A stretch of 64,000 nt of DNA from Cenococcum geophilum (taxonomy: Eukaryota), in the NCBI GenBank assembly GCA_050273025.1, contig CP158635.1:24118001-24182000 (forward strand). Reading direction: 5' to 3'. A program made the translations under genes and the position numbers. How positions within the stretch are numbered: the first letter of the stretch is position 1; every line of letters starts with the position of its first letter. The notes under the pieces are model-generated. The model was not told the DNA's origin and made no database searches. It worked only from the letters and a program-made list of their open reading frames with translations. Shown piece after piece: positions 13,901-24,367 of this stretch.

Positions 13901-14390
13901 TACTGCCTCTAGGTCTCTAAATATTTATATAAGTCGTTCTATAAATCTATTCTAGCTTAAGAATATAAACTGTACCTCTTAGTTCGTTATCGTCATTCCA
14001 TTTGCCTGGATTTCTATTAGGTAAGGCTTAAACTATTTAAGTGCTCTTCCTGTTAAGAACAATCCTGCGTATACTATTTGATCTATAGGTATTGCTAGCT
14101 TAGCTCCCTCTTGCGCGACCTTAAAGTGCATTTATATAAGGAATCCTTTAAGCTTTAATCTCTCTCCTAAGTATCTTTTAATCGATAGTAACTTAACCTT
14201 TACTGCGCCTATCCCGTTAATTCTATTTTCTAACGTTGCATTATTTTCTATTAACTGGTCGACTATCTCTTATAACTGTCCGACCGTTACAGGTTGCTAT
14301 AAGTTAGTGTCTGCTATACTAGTGTCGTTACCTAACCTTAATGTAGTTGCTGCCGTTAATGGCGTTATAGTGGCTGCTTTTAGTGGCACG
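7868..14390 (-). pseudogene. Gypsy-1A gag-pol (zinc knuckle, protease, RT, RNase H, integrase, chromodomain), RIP-mutated
   Basis: Y(C)INCGK*GHYIRDC (~13385-13340); ALIDSR(G)V(A)TRNHI (~11165); VYLN(D)N(D)III (~10200); TDAL(S)DY (~9750); chromodomain *QVLKIV...YKVK*IGY...*EPLENL (~8050-7940). Confidence 0.9.
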
Positions 14391-14434
14391 TTATCCGACT
14401 TACTGTTATTAATACCGTAACCAGGTAGTAATTG

Positions 14435-14859
14435 TATAACGGAACCTTATAGCAAGAACTACGGTAGGCTTGTTATTAGGCTAGGTGTGTAGGAAATATA
14501 AGTAATAATAGTTAATAAGTAATAACAACTAGTGGAGTAGTTGCCTAACAGATTAACTCTAATTATATTCTAAGAATTACTACAAAGAAGGAACTATCTA
14601 GGTAGGGACTAAGGGTCCTTAAATACACAACCGTACTCCTATAAAATCCTTCCTGTACGTAATGTACGTCTTATATATAAGGTACGTAAGTTCCTCTCAT
14701 TCCTCCCGTTTAATACGTAGCGTATTATATGACCTCGGCTACCATTTCTCGTCACATAGTTCTACCGGCTCCATCCTAGACCGTGCCCAAATTAACCAAC
14801 TAGCTTCTTCCGACTCCTCTCCTAGTAGTCGTAACATCGTACTTAAAGCGTCCGTAACA
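14435..14859 (-). repeat. Gypsy-1A 5' LTR
   Basis: tataacggaacc (RIP of tgtaac)...gcgtccgtaaca. Confidence 0.93.
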
Positions 14860-17800
14860 ATGTTTATAAATATCGTAGCACTATTAAGAGCTACTGATAA
14901 CGATATCCATTTTGACTTAGGACGAAACTTGCTATATTATCTAGTAACTAGCGAAACAGTATGCTATGCGAAACGACTAGGGGGCTACTGGGCACTGATG
15001 TATAGAGAGCCTACCCTAGATTCGATAACTTAATCAACCTTCTTAATAAGAAGACATTAACTAAGCAGAATGGCCCGTAAACCAGTTGGAGCCATAGCTA
15101 TAAAATGGCACAAAATACTTGGCCATGCAGGACCTAACGCTATTAAACAGCTTCCTAAGCACGTCAATGGCGCAGAGCTTAAAGAGCTAATTAATAAATG
15201 AGCACCGCTTAAAATCGAATGCGAAGTCTGCTTAATATTAAAGTATATACAGAAGATCTCTTAAAGACGAGAACACAAATTTCTAGCCACTTAACCATTC
15301 GAGCGGGTAGCATTCGATATTATTACCCTTGGAGAACTAGGGTACAATAGTAATAGATACGTGATGCACTTCTATTGCACGTATTCCAAATTTAATTTTA
15401 TATTTACCGCCAAGAATAAGGATAAAGCTACCGTCCTACCTACTATCCGCAAGACCCACCGTTTAATTAAAATACGATTTCACTAGGACGTCGTCTTTTT
15501 CTAGAGCGATAATAAACGAGCTTTTAGACAGATAGGAGACACCTTACAGATCTAGTACGTAGACGAAGGTATTACCTTTAAGTGTCGAGCCCCGTATACT
15601 GAAGAACAAAATGGTAGAGCAGAATAATCTAGACAAACCCTTATGGAACGATTAAGGGCTATACAGCTAGAAGCTTCCTTACCCCCGTCTTTAGGACTAG
15701 AAGCTTTCCTTACTGCTAAATATGCACTTAATTAAACCCTAAATAAGCAACTAGGGTGGAGAACCCCCTACGAGGTTGCCTACGGCAAGCTGCTATCTCT
15801 TACCTATATACATATATATAGCTGCAAGACCTATACGCTGGATAAAAGGGTAAAAAGGGGGGATAAACTAGCTTCTTATGTATCAATTAGATACCTAGTC
15901 GGCTACGATTTAACTAATATCTATTAAATCTGGATTCCGAGTCTCTGTAAGGTCATTTAAACTAGAGACATCACATTTAATAAGACCTTATTCTATAACC
16001 CCAAGGGTTAAGACATCGACTACCTACTAAGGGAAGTATTGGAAGACACCCTTTAGACAATTAGTCTACCAGAACCTCTCCTTAAGGATGAATTTGAGGA
16101 TGAATATATCCTATATAGACCTAACTTAAATATAGATTAAACGACTACACCTAAATCGAATGATTCGGCAGAGACTCCTATAAAGGATATTGAACAGTTA
16201 CTAACTCCTAGTAGAACGGTATCTCCAAATCTATTAGAAACAAACACCTTACCGGGAGGACTTTAAGACGATATCTTGGAGGCAATTGAAACAGGTCCTA
16301 CCCAATTAAGCAATTTATCAGAACCGTTAAATACAGCTCTACGAGCTAACGAGGTCTCGGCCAAACCTTCTGCCGACCTTATCCTACCAGAAGGATTAAA
16401 ACAAATTCGACGTTAAGCGTATACAGCAGCACTAGCCAATCTATATACCCTATCTGGTTACTACGCTAGATTTGCCACAGGACTAGTAAAGGACATCGAC
16501 CGAACTAGATCCTTATCTCTATATTGGGATAACCTTCCTCCTAAACTAAAGAATCTTAAAGATCTAAGAAAGCACCCCTTGACTACTGGCTTTTAAAAGG
16601 CCATAGAAAAAGAATACAATGACCTAAAACGCCGAGGGACATTTAAGACTGTACCAAAAGCAGAAATAGGCAACGAGCAGATCCTTTTACTAAAATGGGT
16701 CTTCAAATATAAGCTCGACAGTGACGGTTACCTTTAAAAGCTTAAAGCTAGACTATACGTCCGCGGAGACCTGCAGATTACAGAGGAAGAGACCTATGTA
16801 GCAACCCTAGCTGCTCGAATATTCCGTGCTCTTATGGCTATAGCAGCCGCATTCGACCTGGAAATTTGACAGAATGACGCTGTAAACGCATTTATAAACG
16901 CCAAGCTTAGTAAACCAATCTACCGCTACTGCCTAGAAGGATTTAATCAAAACGGACATGTCCTAAAGCTACTTATGGCGCTATATAGATTAAAAATCTC
17001 ACCACTACTTTGGTATAAAGAGCTTACCAATATACTGGCTAAATTCGGATTAGAATTAGTACCAGGCACTAACTGCCTATTTACCAACAGACGACTTATT
17101 GTCTTCTTCTATGTAGATGATATTGCCGTCCTATTTGCCAAGAAGGACCTTTTAAGACTTAAAGAATTTGAAGCAAAATTGCTGCACTAATACGAGATCC
17201 GTGCACTAGGAGACCTACAGTAGTTCCTAGGAATTTAAATTAAACAAGATCGACCAAATTAAAAGCTCTGGCTCTGCCAAGATTCCTATATTAAAAAAAT
17301 AGCCAATTAATTCAATATTTAACTGGGAAGATTTTCTAAATCTCTATTACCTGCTAAACTAATTCCATCTAACCAGTAGACGAACCCTTAAAGAACACTA
17401 GCCTATTAGTAACAGGTTGGTTCTCTTACATACCTAGCTGTATTTAGAAGACCTAATATTACTAAGACGCATTCTAAGCTGGCCAAATTCCTTACTAATC
17501 CAAATTAAGAACACCTTAATGCAGTAAACTAAGCTATTTCCTACTGCCTTGGAACAAAATTAACAGCTATTAAATACTCTGGCGAAGCCTTTAGGGCGCG
17601 CGTCTATTACAGAAACCTAGAAGGAGAAGACGTCACCTTTTACAGAGCATCCGATGCAGCATTTACGGATGATAAGGAGACTAGACGGAGCTCTCAGGGG
17701 TACCTATTTATGCTATTCAGAGGACCAATCGATTGGAAAGCTACCTTACAACAATCGGTTACTCGTTCAACTACTAAAGCGGAGCTTCTCTCCCTATCTA

Positions 17801-18126
17801 CTGCTGCCGTTAAAATTATCTGGTGGCAATAATTCTTTAAGGCAATAGGCTTCAATTTAGAACGCGATTTTACCGTACTTTGCGACAATATGCAGACCGT
17901 ACGACTCCTAAGACAGGATACACCAAAGCTTAACACCAAGCTTCGACATATCGACGTCCATCAGCACTGGCTAAGACAGGAAGTCCAAGACAAAAAGACT
18001 AACGTCCAATGGGTCCCTACAGATAAGATGCCTACCGACGGCCTTACCAAGATCCTACCTCGTCAAAAGCACAAAGCATGGATAAAGCAATTAAATTTGG
18101 TGGATATTCGACATCAGATCAATTGA
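14860..18126 (+). pseudogene. Copia-1 pol (pre-integrase, integrase, RT, RNase H), RIP-mutated
   Basis: WHKILGHAG (~15106), CEVC (~15219), KARLYVRGDLQ (~16744), FFYVDDI (~17104), SDAAFTDDKETRRSSQG (~17650), KLRHIDVHQHWLRQ...DGLTK, stop at 18126. Confidence 0.92.
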
Positions 18127-18477
18127 CTCCATTCGCAATATCCGCAATATTCGCAATATCCGCAATATTTATAATATTCGCAATATGCCATTCTTACCCT
18201 ACCCTTTGCTACTCTCAAATTATATCTAAATTTCCTATTTTAGGATAGCTTCTGCCCTCATTTTATGTTCTACAGCTTTAACTACATCGTTAAATCTAGG
18301 GGGGTGTGCAGCGTGGTTTTCGATATCAATACTGCCAATAATATTGATCAATATTGTTACTAATCAATATTGGCGAGTATTGGCGAGTATTGGCGATATT
18401 TGTAATATTTGCAGATCTTCTTGGCACCCCATCAAATTTTGGCCCTGCTAGTTATATACCCTCTTCCTAGTATATAG

Positions 18478-20303
18478 CTTTTGGCGTTCTATCTAGATCG
18501 TGCTAATAGACTACTAGAGCAAACGCAGAGACGTGCGTACGGCTGCGCAGCGCCGGCGCTGCGACGTGGTGGTGCGAAGAAGTCTGCTGGGAGGGTGAGC
18601 CCTAGTGGAGGCCTACGAGCACTACTACGTCTTTTTGTATAAGTCTAGTATACTTAAACTACAGCATCTAAACCAGCGTTACCCCTTTCTCCCTTCCGTA
18701 CGGTATATAACTATATATACGGCGTAACCGAACACATACGGACTAAACGTATACGGCTGTAACTAAGCGTAATGGTATATAACCGAACGCGTACGGACTA
18801 AACGTATATGGTGTAACCGAACGTATACGGCACGGCGGCTAAACACATATATATACGCCTTAAGAAGTCTATAATAAGCCTCTTATTCCCTACCTTACCT
18901 AATAGCCTAGACTTACCTATATAGTATTTCGTCTTCCTCTATATCTTTAGCTATAGATATATATAGGGGACCTAGGTTAGGGCCCTAAGATAAGATACCT
19001 AGTTCTATATTTATCCCGCTAGCTTCTTTACGGTAAAAATTATACTATAAGTAGAAGGACCTAGGCGTATATATATATATATATATATAGGGTAATTAGG
19101 GGAGTAAGGGGTAGGCATATAAACTATACGGCAATTTAACTTTATTAGGAAGTATAGTACGAGCGGTAAATAGGGCAAGATAGGCAATTAGAGTACTCCC
19201 GTACGCGTACGCGTACGTGTACGGGAGTCTTAGATTAGCGACCTAAAAGGTACTTTTTCTCCCATTAATATAGTACGGATACTATCTAAAGTACTACCCC
19301 TTATATCTCCCTATGGAGGTTTTTTATATCTATATTACGGTAGTAGTTTATATAAACTTATAAGAGAACCGCATTAGATATAAAATAAGAATTAATAATA
19401 ATAATATATATACCCTCTAAATAATATATATATACTACTCACCTAAATAAACTTAGATCCTTTCTCTTTATATTAAAATATTATATATATCCGCAAGTAA
19501 CTATTATATACCTATATCTAATTAATACCTTATATTTACTCTATTTTCCCTATATCTACTATAGCTTTTAATCTACCTCTATTAAAGCTATATAACTATA
19601 TAAGCCTTACTTTTAATAATATCTATAAGTTTATTAAAAGGTAGGGCTATATAATATTAATTTTCTACTAAAAAACTAATAAGTAATTATTGCATACTAT
19701 ATATAAAATATAGCTTTATAGGCGTAGGTATAGGTAATAAGTAAAGGTAGTAGTAGCTAAATTATTAGCGACTTAGTTAATTAAGGCACGAGTACGGTAA
19801 GAGGGACGCGTAAGCCTATATAATTAGTAGTCTATAAATAAGGATCTAAAGCTAGAGAAAGGAAAAGAGATAAAGGGTGGCGCCGCTCAAACGTTATATA
19901 TAATCCTATAGTTATATAACGGCAACTATATAAAACTATAAAACTATCTATAATTATCCGCCATAATCTACTAATATCTACTAGCTATAATCTACTAGTT
20001 TCTACTAGCGCCGTAATATAAATTAGTTTATATACTACTTTATAAGTTACTATATAATTTAATTAATTAACTTAAAAGTAAATAATACTAACGTGTCTGT
20101 AGGCTTATTACGGCAGTAGTAGTTCCTAAGAAGATTAAAAATTAAGGTAGTAAAGTACTATAAGTAACTTATAGACAACTTATAGGCGAGTCTTAAAAGG
20201 CGAAGAGACGGATTATAGGGTTTTCTTAAATAGAGTTTTCTCCCTATATATATATAAGGAGTAGTCTATATTAGCCTAATAGGGATCTAAATTAGATATT
20301 AAG
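18478..20303 (+). mobile_element. 5'-truncated ribozyme-headed non-coding retroposon (third family member); ends approximate
   Basis: Shares blocks with 40476-41483 (aatagactactagagcaaacgcagagacgt, tgggagggtgagcccta, ggacctaggttagggcccta); the 3' end ggagtagtct...tagatattaagtaataaataataataat resembles the tail of 34305-35301; only the 3' half of the ribozyme is present; no TSD found. Confidence 0.7.
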
Positions 20304-20414
20304 TAATAAATAATAATAATAATATACCTATTTGTTAAATAAATAAATATTTATATCTAAAATATTAATAAGCTTTTATAAATAAATAAATAATATATTA
20401 TTTAGAAGTATAAG

Positions 20415-23071
20415 TGTCGGGAATATATCACGTATGGTCACGTGTAGCCGCGGCACTAGCGTGGCGAGGAGCCTTAAGCTCCTCGCCCTTCCTCATTCCA
20501 ATTAACAACAAGCTTTACAACTAACATTCACTGTGTCTACTCGAGTAGCATTAGTGAGTTACCCTGTGACACCAACACTGATCAGTGGTTGAATACACAG
20601 TCAACCACAGAGCAGCTAGGTTATCGACAGAAGAGACAGTCTCGTGCAGGGGTGCCATATACGCTCATATGGAATGGATCCCGGCGATACTGTGCTACCT
20701 TAGACTTACGGAAAACTAGTAACAGAAGTGTCACTGAGTACTAGGAGATACCAAGTTGCGTCCATCACGCAGAACAACCACGTTTACGAAGATTTGGTCG
20801 AGTACTTTAGGTCAGAAGTGTTACTGAACCTAAGGTCCCAAGTTAACGTCCGAAACGCGTCAAAAACAACACTCTCGACACTCTGCCACGTTCCTAGCGG
20901 CCCTGCCACGTCGAAATCACGTTAATAACGCGCTCTCTGGCCCTCATACTCCTCTGTCAGCATCTAAGGCAGTACCAGCGCGCCCTTACCTTACGACAAT
21001 TTCAGCTCTGCTAGACTATCAAAGTTCTGCCAGCACGCTATCCCTACATTCTTGACACTCTCTACACATCGAACAACTGTTATTATGGCGTTGACCTATT
21101 TAAAGAAGTATGAGAAAGATATTAACCCGGAGATATAGGATAGACCTATAACCGACTTTACAACCGCTAAGCAAAAGGAGCTAAATGGATTCTTATTACA
21201 CCGTATGGTACACTACAAAGACAGCGAATACGATAACACTATGCTATGGTATTATATAAAGGAGGACTTTGTTGGATGGATAAAGGAAACATAGGTTCCT
21301 ATATATAAGGATCTCGTGCGGGACTTCCGTAACTTCCTTCGGAAGTATGGAGTATTTGTCCCTATAGATGGGGGAGGTATTAGAGATAATATTTAGAAGC
21401 ATATCATTAAAGCAAAAGAAGAATATAAATAGACTCCACAAGAGATTAAGATTGAGCACCAAATACGCGCTATAAAGAATAACTCTTAAGGGAATCCCAA
21501 TAACGGACAGCCACAAGCTATACTAGCGCAAGCTCCGTCCGTATAAGCTCCGTCTTTACAAGCTCCGTCTCTACAAGCTCCGTCTCCACAAGCTCCGTCT
21601 ACACAAGCTCCGTCTATACAAGCTCCGTCCGCGCAAGCTCCGTTCAACTCAAGCGCCAAGACGTCTCCTCTAACCCCTACCACGCCTAGACAACCTCCGT
21701 AAGAACCTCCGCAGCAACCACTACAAACAACCTCAGGCTATCAAACACCTTAAGTTCCTCAAGCTGCCGCATCTTAACCCGTGCCTTAAGCTGCCGTATC
21801 TTAACCTGTGCCTTAAACTCCGTCCCGCCAGCAAGCTTAACAAGAACCTCCGTAAGAACCTCCGCAGCAATCTCCGCAGCAATCTCCGCAACAAGCCTTT
21901 ATTTCTCCATAAACATTTAATAAGCTTCAGAAGATTTAGCGTGGAGGGGAATTCTAAGACTTCTGTAGTTCCCAAGGTAGCTACAGAGGTGGCTACCAGC
22001 GTAATCCAGACAGGAAGTTCTTATAAAGGGTACTATAAAGAGAGAATGATATAGGGGGGGGGGAGCGGTTGGAATGGCACAGTTACGCAGGTAAAGCACA
22101 AAGAAAGAACTGCTAGTATTTACGGCAGCTATAAACCCAATAAACCTTATGCCAATATACCCGCGATACGAACTATAAACTAAACAACAATAGCGCCAAT
22201 ACGCCTGCTATTACGAACCAACCCTATAATAAGACTCCGTGCCAATCTGCCTACGGAACCGACCCTACGCTAGCACCGTACTGCCACATACCATCAACAA
22301 ACTAATAGCGCCGCTATGCCTACTATTATAATACTAATCGCGTTAATACGCCTACAATCTAACGACCGAATGATCGTGCCGATAAGAACGACCCGAACAA
22401 AACTAGGTAGAGCTTTGCTCCCTAGAACACGACCCTATTACCAGCATTATACTACCACCTAAATGACCTGTCGCTAGCACCGTACTGCTATTACAATAGA
22501 CCCTTGCTGCCCTGCCTACAGCCAACCGACTTTTACTACTTCCACCTGCGATATTCTGCGGACCCTAATTTTAACCAGCTAATCAGGATTTTCCATCCCC
22601 AGGATAGAAAATCGCTATTGGCTCGCTTACCACTAGCGCCTTAGCGGCCTTCACAAGATATCCACCTACTCCTACTTCTAAACGATTCTTTCTCCTTTCT
22701 CTTCTTCTCCTTAGTTTAATATTTTCACTAAATAGCAATTTACAAGCTTTGGTTTGGAGGCATTTATACAAGCCGCTATAAGAGGCAAATTTTGGGACAG
22801 CGAGATATATATTGCAATGGCAATAGTAAGTAAGGAGGATTTATATTCGTTACGATAGTCAAGCGGTATTTTATATATAAATGGCAACCACAAAAGAAGA
22901 GTTGCCAGTGTCGGGAATATATCACGTATGGTCACGTATAGCCGCGGCACTAGCGTGGCGAGGAGCCTTAAGCTCCTCGCCCTTCCTCATTCCAATTAAC
23001 AACAAGCTTTACAACTAACATTCACTGTGTCTACTCGAGTAGCATTGGTGAGTTACCCTGTGACACCAACA
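20415..23071 (+). mobile_element. Non-autonomous LTR element (2.66 kb), GalEa-type Copia related, gag remnant only
   Basis: 163 bp LTRs 20415-20577 and 22909-23071 (two differences seen); TSD ATAAG at 20410-20414 and 23072-23076; ctgatcagt after the 5' LTR; gag-like remnant from ATG 21085 (MLWYYIKEDF...RDFRNFLRKYGVFV) resembles Copia-2 gag; no pol motifs seen. Confidence 0.9.
21527..21645 (+). repeat. 15 bp tandem repeat (caagctccgtctnna) in the gag remnant
   Basis: About 8 units, QAPSx peptide. Confidence 0.8.
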
Positions 23072-23319
23072 ATAAGATAAGATAAGATATTTAATTACGC
23101 TATTATAGCTCCTATTAAGGTCTATATAGTAGGCCTATATAGGTATATATATAAGAGGGAAACTATATAGCTATCTAAAGCTAGATAAAACCTCTATTTA
23201 AAAGTATAATAAGGTAAATTTAATACTTAAAATTTATATTTATTAGCTAAGTAGTTATATATTTTTAATTAAACGCTATTATACTATATAGAGGCTCTAT
23301 ATATAAAAGCCCTATAATC

Positions 23320-23920
23320 GCGAAGCTCTATATACGGAGACTCTATATAAAGCTCTACACAAAGCTCTATACAAAGCTCTATATAAAGCTCTGCACGAAG
23401 CTCTATACGAAGCTCTATATAAAGCTCTATATAAATAAAGCTCTATATACGGAGGCTCTGCATAAAGCTCTACACGAAGCTCTGCACGAAGCTCTGCACG
23501 AAGCTCTATACAAAGCTCTACACGAAGCTCTACATACGGAGGCTCCGCGGGAAGCTCTGCGGAGGCTCTGCATAAAGCTCTGCACGAAGCCCTGCACGAA
23601 GCTCTACACGAAGATCTACACAAAGCTTTATATAGAGTCTCTATAGTAGAGCCGTCATACGCAGAACCGTTGTACGCAGAACTGTCGTACGCAAAGCCGT
23701 CCTGCAGAGCCTCCGTAAGCAGAGCTTCGTGCAAAGCCGTCGTGCAGAGCCTCCGTAAGCAGAGCTTCGTGCAAAGCTTTATGCAGAGCTTCGTGCAGAG
23801 CCCCATACAGAGCTTCGTGCAGAGCTTCGTGCAGAGCCCCGCGCAGAGCTTCGTGCAGAGCCTCTGTAGAGCTTCGCGCAGAGCCTTCGTGCACAGAGCT
23901 TTGCGCAGAGCTTTATGCAG
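23320..23920. repeat. 12 bp minisatellite (gaagctctrcac), forward block then inverted block
   Basis: Forward units ~23320-23630; reverse-complement units (gtgcagagcttc) ~23700-23920; same unit as 55370-56480. Confidence 0.85.
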
Positions 23921-24121
23921 GCAAGAAATTAAAATACTATTATAAAAACTGCCAATATATGCCAATAATTTATATAATCTTTCTTTTTAGAATAAGTATA
24001 CTTTTATTATAATAATTTGGTCTAAACTATTGCCAATATTTAATATTGGCGCTGCAAATATTGGCAAATGCCGATATTTTATTGGCTGAATATTCGCTTA
24101 TTGAAACCCACGCTGGGGGTG

Positions 24122-24367
24122 TGTAACCGACTACCGACACTGTGCTAAGACACGAGATTACCGTCTTGGAAGGCTCCAAGACAGCGTCAACGCCACCCTA
24201 TATATTGATTGCAGATCAATATTGCTTACAGATCACTATTCCCATTTCAGTTACCTATTACCCCATCATGTCTTATTACCTCTACCTTCTTCGTGTATAT
24301 ATAGAGACTTTAGAGCTACATTCACAATCAAGTCATTCATTCAATTCTTCGCACTGCAAAGCTTACA
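24122..24367 (+). repeat. Copia-1 3' LTR
   Basis: Matches 5518-5763. Confidence 0.95.

Larger units (their letters stand above)
6751..14859 (-). mobile_element. Gypsy-1 (chromovirus-type) LTR retrotransposon, copy A
   Basis: 425 bp LTRs 6751-7175 and 14435-14859; PPT (plus-strand ccatctccctcctct) beside the left LTR, so that is the 3' LTR; flanks gcatc/atgtt do not form a TSD. Confidence 0.93.
18309..24115. mobile_element. Non-autonomous hAT-type DNA element carrying heterogeneous cargo
   Basis: Imperfect 17 bp TIRs cagcgtggttttcgata / tattgaaacccacgctg; 8 bp TSD GGGGTGTG at 18301-18308 and 24116-24123; subterminal aatattgg/ccaatatt repeats at both ends; no transposase recognised. Confidence 0.88.
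5518..24367 (+). mobile_element. Copia-1 LTR retrotransposon (with nested Gypsy and hAT-bounded insertions)
   Basis: 246 bp LTRs 5518-5763 and 24122-24367 (TG...CA); 5 bp TSD GGAGG at 5513-5517 and 24368-24372; PBS-like gttatgagcccgg after the 5' LTR; PPT ctagggggg at ~18296-18304; integrase precedes RT. Confidence 0.95.

Noticed and set aside
18130..18190. cgcaatat repeats as part of the hAT element end
   Set aside because: They lie outside the TIR and TSD, in the Copia-1 3' UTR; the similarity to the aatattg subterminal repeats appears coincidental.
23312..23965. 217 aa and overlapping ORFs
   Set aside because: Same satellite artefact.
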